This document shows, piece by piece, positions 1 to 9,528 of a stretch of 64,000 bases of DNA. The notes beneath the pieces are model-generated. The model ran no database searches, was not told the origin of the DNA, and was given only the letters and a program-made list of their open reading frames with translations. A program made the translations under genes and the position numbers. The stretch comes from Capsulimonadaceae bacterium (GTDB lineage: Bacteria; Armatimonadota; Armatimonadia; Armatimonadales; Capsulimonadaceae), in contig OZ244065.1 of assembly GCA_965215505.1 (NCBI GenBank), positions 1-64,000 on the forward strand. The letters run 5' to 3'. Every line of letters begins with the position of its first letter. Position 1 is the stretch's first letter.

Positions 1-954
1 ATAGGTGCGCGTGTGGACGACCCGGTCCCAGAAGTATTCCGCCGCCGTCCGGTCCTTCGGGTCGCCCGTCAGCTCGTACAGCCGCGCCAGCCCGATGAGC
101 TTCGGTATCTGCGTATTGCCGTGCAGGCCCGCCAGATGGTCCTCGCGCAGAGTCAGTGGGTCCAGGACAGACTTCTGGTAAAACTTCCGCGACAGGGCAA
201 GATACTTCGGGTCCCCCGTCATGGCATAGACATCGGCCAGCGTCTCGTTCATGCCGCCGTGTTCCTGTTCCAGCATGACCTGCCACTGGTCGTCGCTCAG
301 GTTCTTCGTCGTCTCCACGGCCCAATCAGACAGCCTGACCAGCACGTCCTTTGCCTGCGCGTTGTCGGTGTAGAGGGAGGCGTCTCGCAGGCCCGCGAAC
401 AGCTTGTGCATGGTGTACCATGGCACCCAGCCCCGGTGGACTCCCTCCCCATGCCCCGCCGCAACGTCGGCAAACATGGCCTTGCCGCCAGGGATGGCGG
501 CCACATAGCCGTTCCCGTTCTTCTCCTGGCACACGGCCAGTTCCCCGACGATGTAGTCCACGCGCGCCTTGATGCGCGGGTCGTGGGTCGACCGGTACTG
601 CATGGACAGCGCCGAAAGATAGTGGCCGAGGATATGTCCCGCGACGCCCTGGCTCTCCCACCCGCCATAGATCGGCGCTTTGGCCGTCAGCCCCGCTTCG
701 GTGCGGAAGCCGTGCAGCAGCCGGTCCGAATCCAGCGACAGCAGGTAGGCCGTGTCGCGCTTCATCGCCGCCTGGAAGGGGCTTGGCAGAAGCGCCACGT
801 CGGCGAGGTCGAACGGCTGGACGCGCCCCGGCACGGCGGGGGCGACTTTATAGACATTAGCCATGGCGGGTTTCGGGCGCGCGGGCGGCGCGGCGACGGC
901 GGCGCTCGCCAGGAGCAGGAGGCCGCAGGCGGATAGGATGGGGGCGTTCTTCAT
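1..954 (-). CDS. GH127/GH146 (DUF1680) beta-L-arabinofuranosidase-like glycoside hydrolase, secreted, 3' end outside the window
   Basis: Not in the ORF track because it runs off the edge. Manual translation from ATG 954 gives MKNAPILSACGLLLLASAAVA (signal peptide), then ...YLLSLDSDRLLHGFR...YGGWESQGVAGHILGHYLSA...PWYTMHKLFAGLRDA. Confidence 0.85.
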   Translation of the reverse strand, partial: MKNAPILSACGLLLLASAAVAAPPARPKPAMANVYKVAPAVPGRVQPFDLADVALLPSPFQAAMKRDTAYLLSLDSDRLLHGFRTEAGLTAKAPIYGGWESQGVAGHILGHYLSALSMQYRSTHDPRIKARVDYIVGELAVCQEKNGNGYVAAIPGGKAMFADVAAGHGEGVHRGWVPWYTMHKLFAGLRDASLYTDNAQAKDVLVRLSDWAVETTKNLSDDQWQVMLEQEHGGMNETLADVYAMTGDPKYLALSRKFYQKSVLDPLTLREDHLAGLHGNTQIPKLIGLARLYELTGDPKDRTAAEYFWDRVVHTRTY

Positions 955-982
955 TAGCGTCTTTCCAGGGTCTTCCAGCGGG

Positions 983-1116
983 TGCCGAGTGGTTGAAAAC
1001 CACTCGCTAGGAGAAGCGTCCTTCGGACGAGAGGATCATTCCGGCAAACAGTCCAGGCTGCGTGTCCCCTGTCCGAAGGACACCTGGCCTAGCGAGGGAT
1101 TCTCAATCCCTCGGCA
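983..1116. repeat. REP/REPIN-like nested inverted repeat
   Basis: TGCCGAGTGGTTGAAAACCACTCGCTAGG at the left end pairs with CCTAGCGAGGGATTCTCAATCCCTCGGCA at the right end; inner pair GTCCTTCGGAC/GTCCGAAGGAC. Confidence 0.7.
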
Positions 1117-1423
1117 GAGGCTGCGTGAAGTGAAGACATGATACCAGATGCGGCGGCTTCGGGTAAAGTTCTGCCATCAAACCGTCGGCATTCTCGGCGG
1201 AGGCGGCCAAATGCCGGCATTTACCATCACTGCCTCGATACCCTGTCCTGAACGGCAGGGCTTTAGCCTTGCAAGCCCCCGAGGGTAAGGGCGAAGACAG
1301 GACCGCGTAGCGGCGGGGTCCCCCCGCCCTCCTCTGCCCGCGCCTCCTAGTCGCTGCGCTCCATAGCGGAGTGAAAGGCGGGGAATTGCTTTTCTATAGC
1401 ATGGCGGTTCAGCCCCGTGTGTC

Positions 1424-3361
1424 CTACTTCCTCAGCACGATCTTCGCCCGCGTCCCCGCGCCCGTGTTCTGCATCAGGAACGTGATCTGGGCGCGGCCCG
1501 TCCAGTGGGCCGGGGCGTGGGCGCGGGGCGTGACGGTGAAGTGGGCGAAGTCGGCCACGCGGACGGCCTCGTCGGGCTGCCGCTTTGTCCCCCAGGGCAC
1601 CGGCGCGGAGCGGCGGGCGTCGTAGAGGTCTGTCCCGTGCAGCCTGCCGTGGAATAGGACGGACTTGGTGTAAGCCGTGCCGACCTGATAGTCTATGCGG
1701 ACGCCGAGGAGGCTGTCTGCGTCCTGCCGGGCCAGCGTCCCGTCGGCCTGGGCGAAAACACGCAGCCGGGGAGGGAGATCTTCCGCCGTCACGCCGACGG
1801 TCGCCTCGGCGGACGTTTCGGACCCCATGCCCATCCGGGCGATCCAGGTGTTGCGGTCGAAGTCGGCATAGGCGCTCTTGGCGCGGTCCGGGTAGTAGTG
1901 GAGCGTGCGGATCACCTTCGCGACGGGGTTAGGGGTGAGGTCGGAATAGCCCGTGTCGTCGTCCGCTTCCAGATAGACCACGCCGCCGTCGGGGATCGCC
2001 CCGGACCAACGCTTTACCGTGCCGACGATCGGGTGCGTCTCGGTCGGCAGCAGGCGCTCATTCTTGGGATCGTCGCCCCAGGAGGCGTGGGCGGCATCAA
2101 TGCGGAACACGCGCAGGTGGCCGCGCAACGACCAGGGCAGGAAGTCGAGGAAGGCGTCTACCGTTTGCTCCCGCCCCGTGCGGTTCCAAAAGACGAGCGA
2201 GGCCCGGTGTCGGTCAACTGAGGCCATGCCTTCCAGGCCGTCGGGGCCGTTCACAGTCACCTGGCGGCGGTCTACGGGCATCCGGGCGTAGAGCGCATAG
2301 GCGTTGAAGACCGCCTTGCGGTGGCCATCCAAGCTGACCATGCCGGACCAGTTGCCGCCGCCCGTGTCCATGAACTGTGCCCAATGCACGGAGGTCAGCC
2401 AGGGCTGGGAAAGGAAGAACTTGTAGTTGTGGAGCAGGGCGGAGGCCAGCGCATAGTGGTCCTGCCGCCCTCCCTCCGGGTAGTCAATGGGGTAGGAATT
2501 ATACTCGTCCAGGGCCGCCTCGGTTGTCGCCAGCGTGGGCCGGGACTGGAGCTGTTCCCGGACCAACCCCAGGACACCGGCGATGTCGGGGGCGTGGTAC
2601 GGAACGCCGGGGTAGAAGTGGAACGAGAAGAAGTCGAGCGGCAAGCCGCGCCCGAGGACGCCGTCCAGGAACGGCCCGATCCAGGCGTCGGTGAAGGCCA
2701 GCGCGGGGCCGCCGACCTCGCCGTCCGGGTCGGCGGCCCGGACGGCGCGCGCTCCGGCTTCGTACATCGCCAGATAGTCGCTCTCGGTGGCATGAAGGAA
2801 ATCGCCGTTGTCCGGCTCGTTGTAGACCTCGTGATGCCCCACCGTTTGGAGCGGGCCGCCCTGCCGGGCGTGGCGGGCGTAGTCACCTAGGATGCGCCCC
2901 CAGACAGCCGCGTCGGCGGGGGCGGAGCGGTAGTCGCCGGGACGGCGCTGCGCGGGGGAGGGCAGATAGCAGTACGACCAGAAGGGGGTCACGTTCCGGC
3001 CGTTCAGCAGGGCCGCGATCCGGTCCATCTCCCCGAAGTCGTAGACCGGCTCCTCCGCCGTCCCCGAGACCGGCGGCGTCTTCCAGCCCGCCCAGCGCGT
3101 CCCCCAGGCGAGGTCAACGCGCAGCGAGTCGGGCCGGACCTCGTCCAGCAGGGGGGCGTCCCGCTCATAGTGGGCCAGTGGCACGACGCCGGAGTTGTAG
3201 ACGCTGAACTTCGTCTTGACCAGCGGGGCGTCTACGGGGACGGCGAAGTCCGCCGTGATCGTGACCGGGGCGGGTGTCTTCACGTCATTCGGTCCTTGTG
3301 CGTGGGCGGCAGCCCCGAGGCCGAGCGCGGCTGCCGCCCATGCGAAACGCATACTCTTCAT
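1424..3361 (-). CDS. GH39-like (beta-xylosidase/clan A) secreted glycoside hydrolase
   Basis: Signal peptide; VYNEPD acid/base motif; GGPA, DFFSFHFY and LDEYN nucleophile motifs. Confidence 0.8.
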   Translation of the reverse strand: MKSMRFAWAAAALGLGAAAHAQGPNDVKTPAPVTITADFAVPVDAPLVKTKFSVYNSGVVPLAHYERDAPLLDEVRPDSLRVDLAWGTRWAGWKTPPVSGTAEEPVYDFGEMDRIAALLNGRNVTPFWSYCYLPSPAQRRPGDYRSAPADAAVWGRILGDYARHARQGGPLQTVGHHEVYNEPDNGDFLHATESDYLAMYEAGARAVRAADPDGEVGGPALAFTDAWIGPFLDGVLGRGLPLDFFSFHFYPGVPYHAPDIAGVLGLVREQLQSRPTLATTEAALDEYNSYPIDYPEGGRQDHYALASALLHNYKFFLSQPWLTSVHWAQFMDTGGGNWSGMVSLDGHRKAVFNAYALYARMPVDRRQVTVNGPDGLEGMASVDRHRASLVFWNRTGREQTVDAFLDFLPWSLRGHLRVFRIDAAHASWGDDPKNERLLPTETHPIVGTVKRWSGAIPDGGVVYLEADDDTGYSDLTPNPVAKVIRTLHYYPDRAKSAYADFDRNTWIARMGMGSETSAEATVGVTAEDLPPRLRVFAQADGTLARQDADSLLGVRIDYQVGTAYTKSVLFHGRLHGTDLYDARRSAPVPWGTKRQPDEAVRVADFAHFTVTPRAHAPAHWTGRAQITFLMQNTGAGTRAKIVLRK

Positions 3362-5448
3362 CGCGCGAACCTCACCTGAACGGTCCGCCCCACATAGGTC
3401 ACGCTCTTGCGACTTCCGTCCGGCAGGACGACGTTCAAGTGGCGCGTCGTCAGCATCCCCGGAAACGTGCCCGCGCGGACGCCGACGGTCAGTGTCCGCG
3501 TTCGGTCGTCCCAGCGCATCGGGATGCGGCTGGACACGCCGCGCTGGTAGGCGTAAGTGTCGCCGTCGTCCTCGTACAGCGTGAAGGCGGCGTCTGCGCC
3601 GGGATAGACGCGCACATCCAAGGGGTCCTCTACGCCCAAAGCCGTGGACTGAATGACCGGTCCGAGCGGCAGGAGGGTCCCGGCCCGGACATAGGCGGGG
3701 ATCGTGTCAAGCGGGGCCTGGACGTGCAGGGTTTGGCCGCCTGCCACGGGCGCGTTCGTGTTGAAGTCGTACCAGCGGCCCGCCGGCAGGTACACGTCGC
3801 GCGCCCCGCCTTGCGACAGAACCGGCGCGGCCAGGAGGCGGTCCCCCACCAGCCATTCGTCTTCCAAGTTGAACGTCTCCGGGTCCCGCGGGAACTCCAA
3901 GAGGAGAGGGCGCATGAGCGGGGCACCCGTCGAGGTGGTCTGTGCGGCGAAGGTGTAGAGGGTGGGGATCAGGCGGGTCCGCAGCTCGATGGCCTTCTTG
4001 GTCGCCGCTAACACGTCGTCGCCGAAGGCCCAGGGCCAGCGCGGGGAGTTGTAAGTCCCGTGGGCGCGCATGACGGGCACGAAGACGCCCTCCTCGATCC
4101 ACCGCGCGTAAAGCTCGGGGGACGGCGTACTCTGGAAGCCGCCGATGTCCTGGCCGCAGTAGGGCATTCCGGCCAGGCCCCAGTTCAGCAGCGTGCCGGG
4201 CTGGTTCGCGAGTGTCGCCCAGTTGCTGTCGATGTCGCCCGTCCAGGCGGCTGCGCCCAGCCGCTGCATCCCCGGCGCGAAGGCGCGGCTGATGGACCAG
4301 GCCCGGCGGTCGCTCATCGCCCGCCATCCGTCCCACTCGGTCTGCACCATCTGGAAGAACTCGTCCGAGGTCTGCTCGGCCTCGTCGTTCCACCAGCCGT
4401 CCGCGCCCGCCTGTACCAGCGGGACGTGGTGGCTCCACCACCAGTAGCGCGCCTGGGGCAGGTCAAAGCGCAGGTCCGTCCCGAGCGGGGCGCTCAGGAC
4501 CCAGCCCTGGCGGCGGGCGTAGTCCAGGTTCGCGCCTGTGACGCGCGGCTTGCGGATGCCGACGAAGTGCAGTCCCAGCGCCTTCATCTTGTCCAGGCTG
4601 CCCGGCGGGAAGGTCTTCGGGTTGAAGTCCCAGTCGTTGCTGAACCAGTCGTAGTCGTAGATGAAGGCGTCCACGGGGATCTGACGGTCGCGGAACTGGT
4701 GCCACTTGTCCTGAACATCGGCTGCGTCGCTGTAGCCCCAGCGGCTGATCATAAACCCGAACGTCCAGCGCGGTGGGATGGGCGCATGCCCGGTCAGCCG
4801 CGCATAGGCTTTGAGCAGGCCGTAGCCGGTCGGCGCGACGCTCAGGTACAGGTCGAGGGCGGGGCCGGGGACCGTCCAGGTCAGCGTCCCGTTGTCGTCG
4901 TGCCATGCGCTGCCGGTCTGGTTGCCGGCGACGAGAATGCTCCACCCGCCGGTGGACCAGAGGAACGGGATGCGCGTGGTCCCGTTGTTCACGATCTGCG
5001 TGCCTGAGGGGTGTGTCAGGTCGCCTGCATGGTTCTCGCCCTCGTTGCCCGCCCCGTAGAACCGCTCCGAGGCGCTATGGGCGAGCGTCAGCGTGATCGT
5101 CCCATTCGCTGCCGATACGGCCCCCGACGAGATCAGCGTCCGGCCTGTGCGGTCTTGGAGGCGCAAGTGGCCGTCGAATCCCATTCGGAGCGCGCCTTGC
5201 GGCGTCCGGACCGTGCCCCGCCGGATGATGGCACCAGGCCAAGGCTTGGTTTCCACGACGAACGGGCTGACCGGCGGGGCCGGGGCACCGGTCGGGGAGG
5301 CGACGAGGTGAAAGACGCCCGGCTCGACGGCGCTGACGGTGACATCCAGGCCCGGCGCTGCCGCCAACGCCGTCGGGGCGGCATGGGCCGCCCCGCTGAC
5401 CAGCAGCAGACACAGTAGGAAGAGCGTTTTGATGGGGGGTGTTCTCAT
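3358..5448 (-). CDS. GH31 alpha-glucosidase/xylosidase with C-terminal DUF5110-like domain
   Basis: PPRWTFGF, WWNDE, WTGD, GQDIGGF, ELYARW and LYEDDG motifs. Start placed at ATG 5448 (signal peptide follows; 7 nt after TATAAT). Confidence 0.9.
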   Translation of the reverse strand: MRTPPIKTLFLLCLLLVSGAAHAAPTALAAAPGLDVTVSAVEPGVFHLVASPTGAPAPPVSPFVVETKPWPGAIIRRGTVRTPQGALRMGFDGHLRLQDRTGRTLISSGAVSAANGTITLTLAHSASERFYGAGNEGENHAGDLTHPSGTQIVNNGTTRIPFLWSTGGWSILVAGNQTGSAWHDDNGTLTWTVPGPALDLYLSVAPTGYGLLKAYARLTGHAPIPPRWTFGFMISRWGYSDAADVQDKWHQFRDRQIPVDAFIYDYDWFSNDWDFNPKTFPPGSLDKMKALGLHFVGIRKPRVTGANLDYARRQGWVLSAPLGTDLRFDLPQARYWWWSHHVPLVQAGADGWWNDEAEQTSDEFFQMVQTEWDGWRAMSDRRAWSISRAFAPGMQRLGAAAWTGDIDSNWATLANQPGTLLNWGLAGMPYCGQDIGGFQSTPSPELYARWIEEGVFVPVMRAHGTYNSPRWPWAFGDDVLAATKKAIELRTRLIPTLYTFAAQTTSTGAPLMRPLLLEFPRDPETFNLEDEWLVGDRLLAAPVLSQGGARDVYLPAGRWYDFNTNAPVAGGQTLHVQAPLDTIPAYVRAGTLLPLGPVIQSTALGVEDPLDVRVYPGADAAFTLYEDDGDTYAYQRGVSSRIPMRWDDRTRTLTVGVRAGTFPGMLTTRHLNVVLPDGSRKSVTYVGRTVQVRFAR

Positions 5449-5455
5449 TGGCCTG

Positions 5456-5484
5456 ATTATAAGACCGTAACCGGCCTTTGTCAA
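5456..5484 (-). promoter_or_regulatory. sigma70 promoter for the GH31-GH39 operon
   Basis: Perfect TTGACA-N17-TATAAT on the minus strand. Confidence 0.8.
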
Positions 5485-5495
5485 GCGGCCCCGGC

Positions 5496-5524
5496 TTGAC
5501 GAGACACGCGGCGCGGTCTATAAT
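5496..5524 (+). promoter_or_regulatory. sigma70 promoter for GH51
   Basis: TTGACG-N17-TATAAT, back-to-back with the minus-strand promoter. Confidence 0.75.
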
Positions 5525-5540
5525 GGCGTCAGGAACCCCC

Positions 5541-7610
5541 ATGATCAAAGCCACCGCACTTCTGGCCGCCGCCCTGCTCGGCGCGCTCCTGCCGCTCCCC
5601 GCCCGCGCCGCGCCGCCCACGGTTTCGGCCTCCACGCCCGATCTATACCACTTCCGCCGCGATGACGCGGCCCCCGGCGGCGTGACGCGCATCACGCTGG
5701 ATGTCAACCATATAGCCGCCCGGCCGGTTTCGCAGAACGTCTTCGGCAACTTCATCGAGAACCTGGGCGCGGTCATCTATGACAACCTGTGGGCGGACGT
5801 CCTGCACGACGGCAGCCTGGAGCGCATCGAGGCCGCCAACCGCGTCCCGCCGTACTGGGACCAGACCGGGGCCTCCGTCTGGCAGGAAGCGCCCGGCAGT
5901 GGATACCTCTCCCAGCGTTGTGTCCGCCTGTCAGGGCCGGACGGCACCCTGAGCCAGCGCGTCTACCTGCCCGCGTACCGGGTCCGGGGCTACACCCTGA
6001 CGCTCTGGGCGCGCGCCCCCGCCGAGGCCGGACTGGTGAGCGTCGCCGTCCGCGCGGGCGGCGAGGCGGACGGCCCCTTCCATGCGGGCCTGGAGGCGGC
6101 GGGCCAGCCGGTGGTCCAGACCGCCCTGGCCGTCTCCGGCCCGGCCTGGCACAAGCAGACGATTCGTTTGAAGCTGCCCGGCGGGGCCATCGCGAAGGGC
6201 CAGGCCGCCCGGTTCGTCATCGCCCACACAAGCGGCGGGGCCGTGGACGTGGACCAGGTCAGCCTGTTCCCCGAGGACGCCGTGGGCGGCATGGACCCGG
6301 ACGCCTTGCAGGCCGCCCGCGCCTGGCACATCCCCATCCTCCGGCTGGCCGGGAATTATTCCAGCGGCTACCGCTGGCGCGAGGGCGTCGGCCCGCGCGA
6401 GGGCCGCCCGACGGACCGCAACGTCGCCTGGGGCGGCGTGGACTCGCACGCCTTCGGCACGGACGAGTTCCTGGACCTGGCGAAGCGGCTGGGGGCGACG
6501 CCGCAGATCGGCGCGAACGCCGGGGACGGCACGCCCGCCGAGGCCGCCGCCTGGGTGCATTACTGCAATGACGGGGTGCGCCGCGTCCCACTCTGGGAGA
6601 TCGGCAATGAGCTGTACGGCGGCTGGCAGATCGGCCACACGGACGCCGCCGGCAACGCCGCCCGCTTCGTCGCCTTCCGCGACGCCATGAGGCAGGCGGA
6701 CCCCGGCATCCAGGTCATGGCGACCGGCAAGGGCGACGAGTTCGGGCCGGACGGCCTGGGCCGGGACGACGCCTGGAACGACGCCGTCCTGCGCGCCTCG
6801 GTCGCGAATGGCGGCGCGGCCCCAGACTACTTGACCCTCCACCCGCTCGTCGGCCTGCCCGGCAACCTCGGCGGCCTGCCCTACGCGCAGGAATGGGAGA
6901 GCGCGATGGCGCACCCCGCCTTCCTGGACCAGACCGAGATCCCCGCGCTTGTCCGGGACATCACGAACGTCGAAGGCCCAAGCGCCAAGACGCGCCTCGC
7001 GCCGACGGAGTGGGGCATCATCATCGGCGGGCGGGGCTGGGAGCGGGGGCCGAACCACAACGTCACGGCGGGCGCGATCTATAACGCCCTGGCCCTCAAC
7101 GCCTTCCTGCGCCACAGCGACTGGGTGACACTCGCCAACATGACCGCCCTGCTGCACGGCGGCAGCATCAAACGCAGCCACGGCAGCCTTTATGTGGACC
7201 CCCAATACTACACCTCTCAGCTTTATGCCGCCGCCCGCCCGCAGACGCCCGTCGCCGCCGACTGGACCGGGCCGGGCCGGGACGTGCCCGCGCGCGGCTT
7301 CCTGCCCGCCGCCGCCGACGTCCCCGACGTGGACGTCTTCAGCGCGCTGGCCGGCCCCGAGACCCTGGTCGCTTTCCTCGTCAACCGCGACCTGACCGGC
7401 GCGCGCCCCGTCCACCTGGCCCTCTCCGGCTTTCCCGCGCACAACGCGACGGCCACGGTCCTGACCTCCGCCGACCCGCAGGCGGCCAACACCTGGGACC
7501 ACCCGGACGCCGTCCAGCCGCAGCCCTTCGCGCTGCCGGGCCTCACCAAGTCCGGCCTGGACGTGACGCTGCCTCCGCACGCGCTGGTCGTGCTGACGTT
7601 CCGACGGTGA
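5541..7610 (+). CDS. GH51 alpha-L-arabinofuranosidase with CBM-like insert, secreted
   Basis: FGNFIENLG, YRWREGVGP...R, FGTDEF, WEIGNE and TEWG motifs; C-terminal LPPHALVVL; signal peptide from ATG 5541. Confidence 0.88.
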   Translation: MIKATALLAAALLGALLPLPARAAPPTVSASTPDLYHFRRDDAAPGGVTRITLDVNHIAARPVSQNVFGNFIENLGAVIYDNLWADVLHDGSLERIEAANRVPPYWDQTGASVWQEAPGSGYLSQRCVRLSGPDGTLSQRVYLPAYRVRGYTLTLWARAPAEAGLVSVAVRAGGEADGPFHAGLEAAGQPVVQTALAVSGPAWHKQTIRLKLPGGAIAKGQAARFVIAHTSGGAVDVDQVSLFPEDAVGGMDPDALQAARAWHIPILRLAGNYSSGYRWREGVGPREGRPTDRNVAWGGVDSHAFGTDEFLDLAKRLGATPQIGANAGDGTPAEAAAWVHYCNDGVRRVPLWEIGNELYGGWQIGHTDAAGNAARFVAFRDAMRQADPGIQVMATGKGDEFGPDGLGRDDAWNDAVLRASVANGGAAPDYLTLHPLVGLPGNLGGLPYAQEWESAMAHPAFLDQTEIPALVRDITNVEGPSAKTRLAPTEWGIIIGGRGWERGPNHNVTAGAIYNALALNAFLRHSDWVTLANMTALLHGGSIKRSHGSLYVDPQYYTSQLYAAARPQTPVAADWTGPGRDVPARGFLPAAADVPDVDVFSALAGPETLVAFLVNRDLTGARPVHLALSGFPAHNATATVLTSADPQAANTWDHPDAVQPQPFALPGLTKSGLDVTLPPHALVVLTFRR

Positions 7611-7619
7611 AGAGGGGGA

Positions 7620-7985
7620 ATGATGCCACCAAAGACGCAGGACCTAAATGACGCTCTGGACGGGATGCTTCCCGATAGTAAAATCATCGCAGACATCTAT
7701 GGGGTGCTGCGGGAGGAGGTAGACGGGAACACTACATCAATCGAGTTAGACGAGGGGTTATGGACGCCGGTGCCCACGGATGTTCCCATCTTCGTAATCA
7801 GCAAATCGTTCTTTACGAGACGCTATGACATCGGCTTCGGCACATACCGGGCATTGGTTTCGCTCGGTGCCCCGATCCTGGAGAAGTCGGGCGGTCTGGT
7901 ATCTTCCTACTGCTTCTCGACACTGTACTACAACGCCGATGCCGGGTTAATTACCCTCGACTTCTACCGCGAGATGCGCTACTAA
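7620..7985 (+). CDS. hypothetical protein (possible orphan immunity protein)
   Basis: 121-aa ORF with RBS, lower GC than neighbours, close to an Rhs remnant. Confidence 0.6.
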   Translation: MMPPKTQDLNDALDGMLPDSKIIADIYGVLREEVDGNTTSIELDEGLWTPVPTDVPIFVISKSFFTRRYDIGFGTYRALVSLGAPILEKSGGLVSSYCFSTLYYNADAGLITLDFYREMRY

Positions 7986-8107
7986 CTTCTATGCCTACAT
8001 AGGTTTGGGGACGCGGCTCTCCAAGGCCGACCCGTCCGGTATTATGATCCCAAAATGGGTGATGCTCACATCAACAGGAGAAATGGTGGGTAGACTGGGA
8101 GGCAGAA

Positions 8108-8578
8108 GTGAAGTATTTCACAGTCAATGATTGGAGTGACTGGAACGAAAACGCTGTGCAAGTCGTGGCATATCGGTCTTACATTCAGTCTGTTCGATCC
8201 CGCCTGCCCCAAGACTTGCAACTATTGACGGGCGCTGGCGGCGATGTGTCTCTCAACGACGGTGAAGTGGGACTCCTAAGAGTGTCCGTGGAAGCAAAGT
8301 CTGTAGACCTGGTGATCAACGGCAAGTGGATCAACGGCATAGTAGTAGGCAGTCGGGTTTTCCATCTCACATATACTGGCGTCGTCTCGGTAATCAGCCA
8401 GATTGACTCCGCCGCGAAAGGTCTTCACGGAAGCGGCTACGGCGATCACGGCTTCGACGAGATTGAAGTAATCGGTAATAGCCTGTACGAACACCGTCTG
8501 TTGTTTTCGAGCGGCATAGAGCTGCAAATACGTTTTCGCGATTTTTCTTTAAGTTACACCGATGTTCCGAACCCATAA
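8108..8578 (+). CDS. hypothetical protein (possible orphan immunity protein)
   Basis: 156-aa low-GC ORF with a GGAGG RBS; C-terminal GFDEIEV...YEHRLLFSSGIELQIRF. Confidence 0.65.
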   Translation: MKYFTVNDWSDWNENAVQVVAYRSYIQSVRSRLPQDLQLLTGAGGDVSLNDGEVGLLRVSVEAKSVDLVINGKWINGIVVGSRVFHLTYTGVVSVISQIDSAAKGLHGSGYGDHGFDEIEVIGNSLYEHRLLFSSGIELQIRFRDFSLSYTDVPNP

Positions 8579-8672
8579 GCCCGGCAGATCATAGACCGGG
8601 AACTAATCAAGACAGCATATCGCTTCGTCTGTGAGTTAGTACTGGATTGGGTAGCCTGCCCCGCAGTATCCG

Positions 8673-8885
8673 AACGGGAACCTGACCTCGCAGACGGTGA
8701 ACGGGCAGACGACGACCTTCGTGTGGGACGACGCGGACCGTCTGGTCAGCCAGCAGTTCGGGGACGGCCACGGCGACAGCTACGGGTACACCGGCCTGGG
8801 GATGTGTCTGTCCAAGGCGGACCCGACGGGCAGCTACTAGTACCTGGCCGACGGCGTATCGCCCGCCTCCCCGGTGCTGACGGAC
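8673..8885 (+). pseudogene. Rhs/YD-repeat fragment
   Basis: Translates as NGNLTSQTVNGQTTTFVWDDADRLVSQQFGDGHGDSYGYTGLGMCLSKADPTGSY*YLADGVSPASPVLTD, with an in-frame TAG at 8838-8840 and no start codon. Confidence 0.75.
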
Positions 8886-8934
8886 GCGCCGGGCAACGGG
8901 CGGGCGCTGCCAGGCGGGGGCCGGGTGCGACGAA

Positions 8935-9360
8935 ATGGTGATGTTTCAGCAAGACGATCAAAACGGGGCGGCCTGGCCGCCCGCGCCCACGGCACCGATG
9001 GAAGCAGTGAAGACCGTTCCGAGGCGACCGTACTTGGCAGGCATCAAGGGCCTAGACATTGTCCTCGGCATCATCACGGGGATGACATTCCAGCCACTCG
9101 TCACCTTCTCGGTATGTGATTGTTTGCACTACCTTATCATCTCTTGGTATCGTGTCCCGAAGCCGCCGGATGACTGGTATTCCGTGTGGGGTTGTTTCGT
9201 GGCTTTGACCCCTATAGTGCTGATCTGGAGCCGTCTCCGCTTGTTCTACAGAACGCTCGCCAACAGTGCGCTATGGTCCTGTATGTTCTTCGGCTGCTTG
9301 ATTCTCTGGTTCAGTTACTTTGTAGCAACAGACACCGGGCCGCCCATTCTGCCCCGCTAG
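8935..9360 (+). CDS. small membrane protein, about 3 TM segments
   Basis: Hydrophobic segments; N-terminal AWPPAP motif; lower GC. Confidence 0.6.
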   Translation: MVMFQQDDQNGAAWPPAPTAPMEAVKTVPRRPYLAGIKGLDIVLGIITGMTFQPLVTFSVCDCLHYLIISWYRVPKPPDDWYSVWGCFVALTPIVLIWSRLRLFYRTLANSALWSCMFFGCLILWFSYFVATDTGPPILPR

Positions 9361-9401
9361 AATGGGCGGAGGTCGCTCTTTGTTTTCCCTCCCGCCGCAA
9401 A

Positions 9402-9429
9402 GGAACTTTTCCACACTGGCGGCGTCATA
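9402..9429 (+). promoter_or_regulatory. ECF sigma-type promoter
   Basis: GGAACT-N16-GTCATA about 100 nt upstream of the FecR-like gene. Confidence 0.5.
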
Positions 9430-9528
9430 AGGCAAACGACAAGCAAACGACCTTCGGTGGGGGCGTGTGCCTCCTGCCGCCGTCCTGCCGTTCCGCCACG
9501 AGAGTTGAAGAGTTAAGAGGGAAAGAAG

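Noticed and set aside
13-936. 307-aa plus-strand ORF
   Set aside because: Antisense shadow of the minus-strand GH127-like gene; it has no motifs of its own.
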